Origin: a virus
Taxonomy: Duplodnaviria; Caudoviricetes
Length of the DNA: 64,000 nucleotides
Virus record (IMG/VR): IMGVR_UViG_3300000169_000002
Span: 29,837 to 93,836 of that record
Direction: 5' to 3' (one strand)
Positions 28,592-38,420 of the stretch are shown in pieces. A program made the position numbers and the translations under genes. The notes below the pieces were generated by a model. It had not been told where the DNA came from. It saw only the letters and a program-made list of their open reading frames with translations, and did no database searches. Each line of letters opens with the position of its first letter. Positions within the stretch are counted from its first letter, which is position 1.

Positions 28592-28812
28592 CAATCACTT
28601 TAAAATTTCAATTTTTAGAGAAGTATATATTATTGTATTGGTAAAGAAACATCTTTATCGAACTATAGTATTAATTATGGGGTGATGTTTATAGAAATAT
28701 AAGTGAATAAAATTCACTTACTTTTGGAAAATATATATTATTACATTGTGAAAGACACAATATTAGCAATAATATGTGTCTTTAAATATCAACAAATGGG
28801 AGGAAAAAAGAA

Positions 28813-29520
28813 ATGGCGAAAAAACTGATCGAGATCACCAACTCTGTTGCCAGCAAAGCATTTTATTGTGAAAAGGATGTCGGCGGCGAAGCCAAAAAGG
28901 CAGAGGTCGACATTGCGGTTCAATCCATTATCGATACCGGCATTTCGAATGCAATTCCGCGGACTCTCTATCTCATGATGGAACAAGATCCGCGGGAAGA
29001 AGTGCAGCTGGTCTTGGGGCCCTTCACGTATGGCCTCATTGCCAGGAAATCCGGCGAAGACGGCCTCTCGTTCAACCCCACGTTCAGCTTGACTGACGAA
29101 AAGAAACTTCTCAATGAACTGGAGCTTTTCGCCGACAAGCTGACCAACCGTGTTGGCATGATCGAAGAAATGGCCAACGCGATTGACAACGAAGTTTATC
29201 TGGAGACGGTCCTCCACACCTGCAGACTGGATGAATATGATCCGGTTGAAGGCGAATGGATCGAAAAGAAAGCCGACGCCGACAAGGGTGTTGAACTCGA
29301 CCAAACGGCAGCCAAGCTGTTCACGGCGCTGCACATTTCTGCAATTCTGCATGTTCTGGCCGACAAAAAGAATCCGGATGAAGTCTTCAAATATGAAGTT
29401 CCCGGCGAAGGAACTTACACCATTGAAAGAAAGAAAGACAAATGGGAAATCGGCTTCATCCCGTCCAAGGAATTCAAGCAAACCATCAAGAACGACCGGC
29501 TCATCGAAGCTCTTGTCTGA
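28813..29520 (+). CDS. Probably abundant DNA-binding protein with tandem HU/IHF-like halves
   Basis: EEVQLVLGPFTY...PTFSL and YEVPGEGTYTI...IGFIPSKEFKQTIK each resemble the HU core; GC-rich codons. Confidence 0.5.
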   Translation: MAKKLIEITNSVASKAFYCEKDVGGEAKKAEVDIAVQSIIDTGISNAIPRTLYLMMEQDPREEVQLVLGPFTYGLIARKSGEDGLSFNPTFSLTDEKKLLNELELFADKLTNRVGMIEEMANAIDNEVYLETVLHTCRLDEYDPVEGEWIEKKADADKGVELDQTAAKLFTALHISAILHVLADKKNPDEVFKYEVPGEGTYTIERKKDKWEIGFIPSKEFKQTIKNDRLIEALV

Positions 29521-29538
29521 TTCACGGCGCCTCAATAA

Positions 29539-29569
29539 ACCGAAACCGGAGTTATTCTCCGGTTTCGGT
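29539..29569 (+). terminator. Terminator-like hairpin
   Basis: Stem ACCGAAACCGGAG/CTCCGGTTTCGGT. Confidence 0.7.
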
Positions 29570-29631
29570 CCACCTATTATATGAACAATTTTTTACAGAA
29601 AATCATATAAGGAAGAAGGGGAAGATGGGGT

Positions 29632-31512
29632 TTGCCGAACTATGTTAGTCAATTGGTAGCTAAAATTTCTGATAAGATGGCTGTAGATGTTAATGATGAC
29701 CTGTTTGATAGAAGAAAAGGAAAACAAATCTGGGAGTTCATTGCAGATGATTTAAAGTCTATCGAAATGCTTCCAGGTATTTTCGTAAGGGATGTCGAAT
29801 ATATTAGAGACCCCTCGAAAATAGATGTCAGACTCAATATCAGAAATGTCAAGAATAAGAAAATTATAAAGAACCGAATAGAGAAGCTTATTCCGGTTCA
29901 ACCTGACGTTTTTGACGCGATCAAATTCACTGTGGATATAGTTGGAGAGAAGAAAGTTGAAAATATAATTCTTCTCCCAAAATATATAGATCGTTATCAT
30001 TTTATGATTTCAGGAAACAAAACTCTTGCAATGTTTCAAGTGGTTGATAATGCCACTTATAATCGAAAAGGTGAAGTTATCCTGAAGTCTAGAATACAGC
30101 TGAGACTTAGTAGAGAGGATAAGAGAAAAAGATACCATTTGATTTGTGTAGCGTCCGGGCAAGAATTTAAAATCAATAATCTTGTGGTCAATCTGTTCAA
30201 GAAAACTTTCAATCCTCTCTATTATTTTGCAGCCAAAAAAGGAATTCTCGGGACTATCGACTTTTTCGGTTATACGAAATTTCTTAATGTAGTGACCGAA
30301 GTCAAGAATCCTGATTTGTTCTATTATTTCAGGGCAAATTCCAACATTCTTCTCGAAGCAGAGAAAACCCTGTTTGAAGAGGATGGGTTCCTCAGAACGT
30401 TTACTGGAATGCTCTGTCAGATCTTTAATAGTAGAAACAAAATCGAAGATATTTATGATGAAGAGTTGTGGGTTAAAAGACTTGGTTCTCTTTTCACATC
30501 AGCCGCTAAAAATCAATTGAATAAAGGTTATGACGTTCTCAAATCATTTGTAAACGTTCTCGATTCTACGACTCAAAATGCCCTTCGTATTGATTACAAA
30601 GACAAAGCTGATATTTATTGTGTGCTTCGTTGGATGATGAGAGAGTTCAACGAACTTAGGAACATGGATAATAATTCTCTTCTGAATAAGAGAATTCGTA
30701 TAAACGAGTATATTGCTGCCTATTTTGGCCGATATCTCAAAGATAAAGTAAACTATGCTCTCAACTTGAAGCCGTATGATAAAGAAAAACTTGCAAAAAT
30801 CTTCAAGTTTGATGAACATATTCTTATCAAGTCTTTGTTCAGAGGAAAGAAACCATCTCCTCTATTTAGGTACAATATTGATATCAATGATCTTCAGGCT
30901 TTGAATGGTCTGAAATTCTCGTTTACAGGTATTCAAGGTCTCCCATCTGATAAAGTTAAAGATGAGCAACGGGATATTTATCCGAGCCATCTTGGGAGAT
31001 TTGAACTTAATGCTATTTCATCCAGCTCTCCTGGTATCTCCGGCATGCTTACTCCGTTCTGTAAGATTTATGATGGTGGGTACTTTGGAGAAGCGGAAGC
31101 TATTGAAAAGCCTTATGTCAAGAAGCTCTATAAGAGAATGGAAAAGATTAAAGAAAATGACCAGCTCTATGGAATGATCAAAGCTCACTATAAGAAAATT
31201 GAAGAGGAACATGAAAGACGCAAGTTCCTCATAAAATATCAAGATTTCAGAAACGAAAAAGGTTATATTCAGATTACAAAACCGAAATATGTGCGTAACG
31301 ATAAAGGATATATCCGCGTAGAAAGATTTGTTGACCCTTCAAGCTATATAAGAAATTCTAGAGGCTATATAGTTGTCAAACGCAGATTCCAGCTTATTAG
31401 GTTGAAAGTAAGATTAAAACCTGAATATATGTCTGGAACGTATATTCGCAACAATGATGGGTTTATTGAAATCAAAATTAATGAAGACGGCCCGTTTAGT
31501 AAAAAAAGATGA
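29632..31512 (+). CDS. RNA polymerase beta subunit, N-terminal half (probably non-virion RNAP), with repeat-bearing C-terminal tail
   Basis: Motifs HFMISGNK, LLNKRIRINE and RDIYPSHLGRF...SSSSPG (RpoB rifampicin-region homologue). Confidence 0.85.
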   Translation: MPNYVSQLVAKISDKMAVDVNDDLFDRRKGKQIWEFIADDLKSIEMLPGIFVRDVEYIRDPSKIDVRLNIRNVKNKKIIKNRIEKLIPVQPDVFDAIKFTVDIVGEKKVENIILLPKYIDRYHFMISGNKTLAMFQVVDNATYNRKGEVILKSRIQLRLSREDKRKRYHLICVASGQEFKINNLVVNLFKKTFNPLYYFAAKKGILGTIDFFGYTKFLNVVTEVKNPDLFYYFRANSNILLEAEKTLFEEDGFLRTFTGMLCQIFNSRNKIEDIYDEELWVKRLGSLFTSAAKNQLNKGYDVLKSFVNVLDSTTQNALRIDYKDKADIYCVLRWMMREFNELRNMDNNSLLNKRIRINEYIAAYFGRYLKDKVNYALNLKPYDKEKLAKIFKFDEHILIKSLFRGKKPSPLFRYNIDINDLQALNGLKFSFTGIQGLPSDKVKDEQRDIYPSHLGRFELNAISSSSPGISGMLTPFCKIYDGGYFGEAEAIEKPYVKKLYKRMEKIKENDQLYGMIKAHYKKIEEEHERRKFLIKYQDFRNEKGYIQITKPKYVRNDKGYIRVERFVDPSSYIRNSRGYIVVKRRFQLIRLKVRLKPEYMSGTYIRNNDGFIEIKINEDGPFSKKR

Positions 31513-31520
31513 AAATAAAT

Positions 31521-31558
31521 AAGCCAGGGAGATTTCCTCCCTGGCTTTATTTTTTTTT
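31521..31558 (+). terminator. Intrinsic terminator
   Basis: AAGCCAGGGAG-ATTTC-CTCCCTGGCTT followed by a T-run. Confidence 0.85.
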
Positions 31559-31560
31559 GC

Positions 31561-31749
31561 TTATTTTTCTGCATTTTGTACAGTTTCTTCAACCATATCC
31601 ATGTGTTTCTTTAATATATCAGAAATATCAATAGAAATACCGAGTAATATCCAGTAAAAATACATTCCCCTTTTTATGCTATCCGGGTCCTTAGTATTAC
31701 ATTCAGTCCTTTGGAATTGTTCAACCATTGATTTAGCCTCATTTGACAT
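31561..31749 (-). CDS. Possible small hypothetical protein
   Basis: 62-aa ORF filling the gap between two hairpins; weak RBS. Confidence 0.35.
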   Translation of the reverse strand: MSNEAKSMVEQFQRTECNTKDPDSIKRGMYFYWILLGISIDISDILKKHMDMVEETVQNAEK

Positions 31750-31823
31750 TCAAAATCATCTCATATATTTTTTTATATATAGTTAAAAGAATAAGAAGGG
31801 AGACCCTTCTTATTCTTTTTTGC

Positions 31824-32540
31824 TTATTCATAACGATGATAGAATCTACGAGCTTTATTAGCAAAGCCTTTGGAATTAAACCTATCAATAACTTCTTTGC
31901 GTTCGTTCTCGCCGTTTTCGAAAATACTAAGTTTAAGGTCAGTTGTACCAATAGGCATAGTGAGTTGATCATAATGTTTCAGTTTATTATATATGAAGAT
32001 TTTAATATCACATTCTGCCAAATCTAAAAATTGTTCAATAATTGATTCAGGTATTGTGGAGAATGATGGGTACATTAATTTGAATGTAATGTATACGTCA
32101 TAATCTCCGAAACCTTTTAGATAAATTCTATTTGGAGGTATATACCTGAAACTCCTGTAGCTATAATTTGATAATGAAGCAATATTTGTCGAAGCAGAGT
32201 TTATAAGAACATCTTCGATTGTTAACGCAAATGGTCTATATGAATCCATGAAAGCATTTCCTTCAACACCAGACCTTGCACGAACATCTGCAACCGAGAT
32301 TATTTTGAGATTGTTTGCTGTTATTTCTGGTATATTGATGTAATATTCATTTTCGACATCAGTTTTATTTTCGCTAGGGTTATAAAGATATCTTTTATAA
32401 TAAGGAAAATATTGAGAGAAGATTGGAAGAGTATTATTAAGAAGGTTTTTATGAATTTCCGGATATAAGTAATCCAGTTTATATTCAACAAGACCCAAAC
32501 GCTGGTTTAGGAGGATGTCCAGTATCGTATTTATATTCAT
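31824..32540 (-). CDS. Virion structural protein, possibly head-tail connector/neck
   Basis: In an operon with the prohead protease; GGAGGTG RBS; C-terminal region resembles neck proteins. Confidence 0.5.
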   Translation of the reverse strand: MNINTILDILLNQRLGLVEYKLDYLYPEIHKNLLNNTLPIFSQYFPYYKRYLYNPSENKTDVENEYYINIPEITANNLKIISVADVRARSGVEGNAFMDSYRPFALTIEDVLINSASTNIASLSNYSYRSFRYIPPNRIYLKGFGDYDVYITFKLMYPSFSTIPESIIEQFLDLAECDIKIFIYNKLKHYDQLTMPIGTTDLKLSIFENGENERKEVIDRFNSKGFANKARRFYHRYE

Positions 32541-32574
32541 GAAATCACCTCCAGCGTTTTATTGCATTAATTTA

Positions 32575-33447
32575 TTATTCATGCAAGCTGCGCAGAATAT
32601 TTTGATAATTACTCTTGATATAGGATTCAACCGGAACAAATACTTTTATAGAAGTTCCAAGATAAGATCCTTCAAGAATAATTTGGCCTTTATCATTGAA
32701 GACTCCTTGAGATTCCTGGAGCCCAAACAATTCTTTTGCAATTTTAACGTTATCGGATTTCTGAAGAACAAAATTGGTAATTTCTTGCTGAATATTTCTA
32801 GTGTCAATTTTGTAGTTTAAGGAGCACTCTTGAAGGAACTTGTCACTATATTCATTTGCAGCAACGACATTTTCTGGTTTAGCGTATGCTTCTTTATGAG
32901 ATGGGCGGTTGACTTGATCATAGGTGATAATGGTGAGAGGCCAGATCGCTACGTTATTAGAATCGGTAGCTCCGAATGCACGGAGAGAAAAACCCCATGG
33001 GCGACCAGCCATCAGTTTATTATACATATGAATACCGTAACCAAATGGAGCAGTAGTTACATGACCTTTTAAAAGCCTCCCATCTTGCCAATATTTATCA
33101 ATGTAATGGGAGACGAATGGGTCCAATACTTGGGATTGCCGAACGATGTCTTTGCTATCGGGATGGCACCATTCTCCTGCCCATTGTTTCATTTTAATAT
33201 CGTTTTGAATCTTGGGGTTTTCATTGAGGCCCCTCATAACGACTTTGGCAGGATAGGTGCGCCCATTCCAGTTGATTACTTCGAAGCTTTGCAGTACAGC
33301 TTCAGCCGTAACTGTTTTTACTTTTTCACCCGTTGCCGTTTCCACCACATTTTCCCGGATGATATTAGTTTTAATATCTTCCGGGTTAACAGCGGCTTCT
33401 ACAATATAGTAGATTGGGAATTCCTTTCGTTCCTTAGTAACAAACAT
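32575..33447 (-). CDS. Prohead maturation protease (T4 gp21-like)
   Basis: Motifs NWNGRTYP, GEWCHP, VSHYI, GFSLRAFG and YDQVNRPSH; late promoter at 33482-33493. Confidence 0.88.
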   Translation of the reverse strand: MFVTKERKEFPIYYIVEAAVNPEDIKTNIIRENVVETATGEKVKTVTAEAVLQSFEVINWNGRTYPAKVVMRGLNENPKIQNDIKMKQWAGEWCHPDSKDIVRQSQVLDPFVSHYIDKYWQDGRLLKGHVTTAPFGYGIHMYNKLMAGRPWGFSLRAFGATDSNNVAIWPLTIITYDQVNRPSHKEAYAKPENVVAANEYSDKFLQECSLNYKIDTRNIQQEITNFVLQKSDNVKIAKELFGLQESQGVFNDKGQIILEGSYLGTSIKVFVPVESYIKSNYQNILRSLHE

Positions 33448-33568
33448 ATTCGATCATATCCTTTCCTATTAATTATACTATTAATGTAGTGTTTAGATAT
33501 CTAACCGCTGTACATTTCTATATTTGGGAACATCTGATTAATCTATATAATATAAAGAGGTGTTCTGA

Positions 33569-34255
33569 ATGGGTGTCGATGTATATAAAGAATTGTATAA
33601 TAAAAATTTTCTATCACAATATAAATCTCAATTATTTGAAAATTTAAAAGAAAATGACCCCGCTCAAGAATTTAATATTAATAATGATCTGGCTTTGGAG
33701 GTTATGATTATTACTCTTACTGAAATTCTTGAAGAGGCAAACTCTCAGCTTTCGGGTCCAATTAATGAAGGTGTAGGTAGTGTTATGAGGAAGGCAAGTG
33801 ATGCAATGTCTAAAGCTGCGGTTAAGGTAACGTTAGCTGACAGACAGCTTTCTGAAAGAATTAATGATAAATTTAATAGATATCTTAAACTCTATAGAGA
33901 AAGTAAAAGAAACGCTGCATATGATACGGTTGTAAAAAGGGCAATTGATCTTTCAAGAATATTGAAAAATGTTATCATGTCTTCTATTGTGGGTCTTTTG
34001 GTTCCAGGTACTGCAGCAGTTAAACTTGTAAGTGCTATAATTGCTATATTGGTAAAAACCGCTATTGATAAAAGAACCGACGCTAAATACAAAAATCTCA
34101 TATTCAATGATTTGAAACTTGAATTGAAAATTGTTCAAGAGAAAATTAAAGATGCTGATGCTCGTGGTGACATTAAAGCAAAATATAAACTTATGAGAAT
34201 TGAAAATGAACTTGGACGAGCAATGAATCGTATTCAATTTAATTTGAGAGATTGA
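33569..34255 (+). CDS. Probable internal head protein
   Basis: Late promoter at 33529; N-terminal L/I-x-E sites; lies in the head cluster. Confidence 0.55.
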   Translation: MGVDVYKELYNKNFLSQYKSQLFENLKENDPAQEFNINNDLALEVMIITLTEILEEANSQLSGPINEGVGSVMRKASDAMSKAAVKVTLADRQLSERINDKFNRYLKLYRESKRNAAYDTVVKRAIDLSRILKNVIMSSIVGLLVPGTAAVKLVSAIIAILVKTAIDKRTDAKYKNLIFNDLKLELKIVQEKIKDADARGDIKAKYKLMRIENELGRAMNRIQFNLRD

Positions 34256-34270
34256 TAGGAGGGGGATTAA

Positions 34271-34969
34271 ATGTCAAATATTAAAGATAAATTGAAAATG
34301 ATTTTGGAAGGAAATACAGATATTTTACTTGAGGCCGAAGAAGATAAATATGATCTTGAAGATAATGCCCAACCTGATCAAGGAGATCAATCTTCTGACG
34401 AAGAACAAAATACCCCTGCTACTTCAGATACGCAAGAAGATCAGGATCAGAGTAATGAAGATGATTCTGGAGAGCAAGATAATCAGTCAGATGACCAAAA
34501 TGAAGATGATGGTTTTACAAATTATGGATTAGAAGATGATAATACAGATGATTCTGATGATCAAGATCAATCTTCTGAAGATACTGACTCTGATTCAAAC
34601 GAGGTAGATTCGGAGCAACAAGAACCTGAAGTTAAAGAAGAAAAAATTCTTGATATAGATCAAAATGCAAGGGCTATACTTGCATTCAAAAATTTTAAAA
34701 AGTATAGAGAGCTAAGAGATGATGTTAATCAGATTATATCGGAATTAATTGAACTTGTTCCCACTGATGATCAAACCAGAAAATATATAATGGTAGCTAT
34801 TGAAAAAGGAACTGATCTCGTTCAAAAATTAAATGACTACATTTTATATAAATATGAAACGAATTCTTATGAGATCAACTATAAAAACTTTATGAATTTT
34901 TTACTGGAAAAACATTATTTAAACGAATTATATCAAAATATCGTTAAGATGACCGTCAAAGAAAAATAA
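34271..34969 (+). CDS. Probable scaffolding/prohead core protein
   Basis: Long D/E/Q low-complexity tract and ILE/LLE sites; directly upstream of the capsid gene. Confidence 0.6.
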   Translation: MSNIKDKLKMILEGNTDILLEAEEDKYDLEDNAQPDQGDQSSDEEQNTPATSDTQEDQDQSNEDDSGEQDNQSDDQNEDDGFTNYGLEDDNTDDSDDQDQSSEDTDSDSNEVDSEQQEPEVKEEKILDIDQNARAILAFKNFKKYRELRDDVNQIISELIELVPTDDQTRKYIMVAIEKGTDLVQKLNDYILYKYETNSYEINYKNFMNFLLEKHYLNELYQNIVKMTVKEK

Positions 34970-35064
34970 AAAATTAGTTTTTGAGAAAACAACATAAAAT
35001 CGAGGTTTTCAAAAAACCAACAAAAAATAAATATTTTTTACTTACTCTAAAAGGAGGAATTGCA

Positions 35065-36708
35065 ATGTCGGTAAATGGAGATTACCTTGAGCTCACTCTG
35101 GGTATGTCCACTTCGCACGACGAGCAAGTGGCTAACTTCTATAGCCGCCTGTTCGAGTCGTATGGACATAACCTGTCCGGCGATCTGGCGAGTATTTTCA
35201 AAAGCCGGGAGAGCGCACAAGCCTTCTTGGAAACCGTCAACCAAATTCTGGAGGATCAGCAATACGAAGGCAGCGGCCTGCGCGATGCTGTTCTCCGGGA
35301 AGACGCCGCCGCTCGTGCCATTGCTATGCAAAACGTGGTCAACGAGCTGCTGACTGAGTCCACCCAACAAGGACTCGCCGCACTGAAGCCGATCTCCCTG
35401 ACCTCGTTCGGCTTCCAAATCCGGTCCTATGTCAAGGCCGTGATGCACCGTGCGGTCAAAACCATTCAGGCCGAAAAACCGGTCTTCAAGATCACGGAGC
35501 GCAAGCAATACGTGATCGACGTGCAAGGCAACAAGCACTACTTCGTCGACGCCTTCAACCGGAACTCGAACCTGGTGAACAACATTCATCAACGGTTCGA
35601 ATTCACGGTGAACGTCCCGTCCCAGGCCTATGACATCTTCACCCAGAATTCGATCGACAGCCGGAACAAACTGGCCATCGACATTTCCGTGAAAGCATTC
35701 ACGGCGGTTGATGAAAATGGAGATCCGATCAGTACCGACAAACTGAAAATCGTTGGCCGCAGCCGTCAAATTGACATCGAAACTGGTCGCTTCAGCGTCG
35801 ATGTTGTATTTGGCGACGATGAAACGAAGGCTACGATCATGGGCGAAATCGATTTCGAAAATGCGATGGTGACCAGCATCGGCGCAACGTCGGCGCAAAT
35901 CAAAACGGTTACCTTCGCTGCCCGCCTGTCGTCCGAAACCCATCTGAAGGCGCTGGTGACCGGCTTCGAACACAAGCACACCAACGTCGCAATTCCGGAC
36001 GGCGCTCATATCGAAGTGAATCCGTCGGTTGAGTTCATCGATGATGTGAGCCGTATGCTCGGCGTCAACGTCCTCGAAGAATACACCAACCAGATGGGTC
36101 AACTGGTGGAGCAACTCGAAGACCGCTCCATCTACGAATACCTGAAGTCCCTGGAAGGCGAAGCAATTCTGACGAAAGAATTCGACATCACGCCGGATTC
36201 TGGATTCGCACTCGGTCGTGAAGAATGGCTGCGCCGCGAATTCCATCCGTTCATCGAACGGATCTGCATCCGCCTGAAAGCGGAACTGCAACTGGATGAT
36301 TGCCACTTCCGTGTTGTTGGCAACCCGATCGACATTCGTGTGCCGAACTCCTCCGGCGAACAATACATCTTCCGCCGGAACCAAGACATGACCGGCAACT
36401 CGCAAGTCAACTATGACTTTGCGGTGACGACGACCGGCAACACGATCTTCTACCTGTCGACGGACCGGGTGCCACCGGGTAAGATCTATGTGAACTTGAT
36501 CCCGAACAGCATCCAAAACAACATGATCACCATCAACCACTATCGTTATGCAAACTATGTCTCCAACAAATATCGCAGCAGTGTGAACCCGGCGCTGCCT
36601 GCCATCATGGTGTCCAGCCGTTATCAAACGAAGGAATACTATCCTGTGATGGCTGTCATCAACATGAAGAACAACTACAACGACTATTACACTGGTTTCT
36701 ACAAGTAA
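35065..36708 (+). CDS. Major capsid protein
   Basis: 547 aa; very GC-rich codons; AAGGAGG RBS; propeptide-like N-terminus with LxE sites; position after protease and scaffold. Confidence 0.8.
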   Translation: MSVNGDYLELTLGMSTSHDEQVANFYSRLFESYGHNLSGDLASIFKSRESAQAFLETVNQILEDQQYEGSGLRDAVLREDAAARAIAMQNVVNELLTESTQQGLAALKPISLTSFGFQIRSYVKAVMHRAVKTIQAEKPVFKITERKQYVIDVQGNKHYFVDAFNRNSNLVNNIHQRFEFTVNVPSQAYDIFTQNSIDSRNKLAIDISVKAFTAVDENGDPISTDKLKIVGRSRQIDIETGRFSVDVVFGDDETKATIMGEIDFENAMVTSIGATSAQIKTVTFAARLSSETHLKALVTGFEHKHTNVAIPDGAHIEVNPSVEFIDDVSRMLGVNVLEEYTNQMGQLVEQLEDRSIYEYLKSLEGEAILTKEFDITPDSGFALGREEWLRREFHPFIERICIRLKAELQLDDCHFRVVGNPIDIRVPNSSGEQYIFRRNQDMTGNSQVNYDFAVTTTGNTIFYLSTDRVPPGKIYVNLIPNSIQNNMITINHYRYANYVSNKYRSSVNPALPAIMVSSRYQTKEYYPVMAVINMKNNYNDYYTGFYK

Positions 36709-36735
36709 TCATTCTGATCATCTTCTTTGACAGGA

Positions 36736-36761
36736 CCCCAGTGGATTTAAATCCACTGGGG
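36736..36761 (+). terminator. Terminator/stabilising hairpin after the capsid gene
   Basis: Perfect palindrome CCCCAGTGGATTTAAATCCACTGGGG. Confidence 0.75.
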
Positions 36762-36826
36762 ATTCTATTTGTATTTAAATTTCAGAACTTATTATAAATT
36801 TCAATATTTGCAGAGGAGGAACTACT

Positions 36827-38017
36827 GTGAATAAATTTGTGTTTGATTTTTTGGCGGCGACGTTTGATCAATTGAAAACCAACAAGGATGAAACCAACAA
36901 ATACCTTCTTGAAATCAAAAATATATTAAATAAAGAAATTTCTATCCCATGTGTCAATGTGGTAATTAACAATTCAACAGCTGCTCAAACGTTTTATGGT
37001 ATGATCGTATTTCCAAAAACTATTCTTTCTGAAAATAAAGGGATCGAAATCAAGAGTTATGCAGTTGAGATCCAAGAAAGTCTCCTCAAACTTCTTACGG
37101 GCAAACAACTTGCTGCATTACTTATTCATGATCTCTCCCATAACGTTTTAACTTATACTGCAATTGAAAGATTTAAAGCAGCAATTTTCCATGCCTGCAA
37201 AATGTCTAATATGAAAGTTATTGAAGTGCTCTATAACTTGGATAGTAAATGTAGAGATCTTGCATTGCTGGATATCGCTAACAGGACTTATAAAGATCCT
37301 GTCTTGCCTGATATTGAAATTTATGAAGCAGACAGGATTCTCATCGATATGGATATTTATGAATACTTCAACTCTGCTATTCAAGTTATTCGAAATAATG
37401 TAGAAGAATTTGATCTTTCAAATCCTGAGCATCAAAACATTGCAGACAATTATATTGCTACCGTGATGATTAAAATTGTAATGGAGAAAGCGAAAGGCAT
37501 TGTCCGTCAATATAATTGGCATAGAACCTATGTGGAAAAAACTTATGACACAAAAATTTTCAAACTTTTCCCAAATATTGAAATCGAAGTTCGTGAAGAA
37601 TTATTCGGACAAAAGGTTAGCGAAATCGAATATCTCAAACCATATGAACTTTCAATGTTGCACGAGTCGGTAATTCAGACTATTAAGCAAAAACAGGGTA
37701 CTGACGAAGCATCTGTAATTATTGAAGGTGCCATTAAAGGCAAACGTCCAAGTCTTACTGCTTTACAAAAAGAATATGATATTATCACCTTCAAGATGCA
37801 AAGCATGTCCTCGAACTACGAGAGACTCGCCCTTCTTGACAGGGTCTATGATAATATCTTCCTTATTGAAAAATATCTTGAAAAGAATCCCGATGATGAG
37901 CCTGTCAAACAATATCTTGCGAAATTTGTTGAACTTCCAAAAATTATGAAAGATCTTAAGCCTAGTAAGAAAAGATATGATGTATACGTTGAATATCCTG
38001 CAGGATATGAAGGGTAA
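36827..38017 (+). CDS. Probable virion protein with degenerate zincin-like motif
   Basis: LAALLIHDLSH...EADR; lies in the head cluster; GTG start after GGAGG. Confidence 0.55.
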   Translation: MNKFVFDFLAATFDQLKTNKDETNKYLLEIKNILNKEISIPCVNVVINNSTAAQTFYGMIVFPKTILSENKGIEIKSYAVEIQESLLKLLTGKQLAALLIHDLSHNVLTYTAIERFKAAIFHACKMSNMKVIEVLYNLDSKCRDLALLDIANRTYKDPVLPDIEIYEADRILIDMDIYEYFNSAIQVIRNNVEEFDLSNPEHQNIADNYIATVMIKIVMEKAKGIVRQYNWHRTYVEKTYDTKIFKLFPNIEIEVREELFGQKVSEIEYLKPYELSMLHESVIQTIKQKQGTDEASVIIEGAIKGKRPSLTALQKEYDIITFKMQSMSSNYERLALLDRVYDNIFLIEKYLEKNPDDEPVKQYLAKFVELPKIMKDLKPSKKRYDVYVEYPAGYEG

Positions 38018-38057
38018 AATTTTCTATGTTCCTAAAAAAATAAAGCCCAAGGGTTGA

Positions 38058-38261
38058 TCAACCCTTGGGCAGTTTTTGTTCTTCATTAAGAATATATTTC
38101 ATATCTTGGACATCAGGATCGTCCGGGTTTTCCATAAAAGCTTTTATTAAACAACTTTTATGGAAAAATACATCATTTTCTTCATCGAAGTACAATCTTT
38201 CGTATTCATCATCCGATTCGCAAAAGATACATCCCCCATCAGAGCGGGATCCTCTTGCCAT
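38058..38261 (-). CDS. Small Zn-binding late protein
   Basis: CIFC...HKSC; GAGGTG RBS; late motif at 38288-38299; its stop lies inside the palindrome at 38045-38070. Confidence 0.65.
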   Translation of the reverse strand: MARGSRSDGGCIFCESDDEYERLYFDEENDVFFHKSCLIKAFMENPDDPDVQDMKYILNEEQKLPKG

Positions 38262-38420
38262 GTAATCACCTCAATATATTTTAGATACATAATTTTGTTA
38301 AATGTATAATTCATATTTATTTAAAATAAGGCTTTTTATAAATTAAAACTATTAATAAATCTTTATATCATACGTGGGTATTTATAATATATAAAGTCCA
38401 TTAAAAAGGAAGGTGACAAA

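Noticed and set aside
28488-28685. 65-aa ORF overlapping the 3' part of the ncRNA
   Set aside because: Weak RBS; it crosses the paired region, a hairpin and a promoter, and the RNA structure explains the sequence better
34340-34630. GAT/CAA-rich quasi-repeats
   Set aside because: Low-complexity acidic coding tract of the scaffold protein, not a CRISPR array or DNA repeat
35047-36627. Long antisense ORFs opposite the capsid gene (526 aa), sheath (43995..45824), gyrA, gyrB and RNAP genes
   Set aside because: Shadow ORFs produced by codon bias on the coding strand; no RBS or protein motifs
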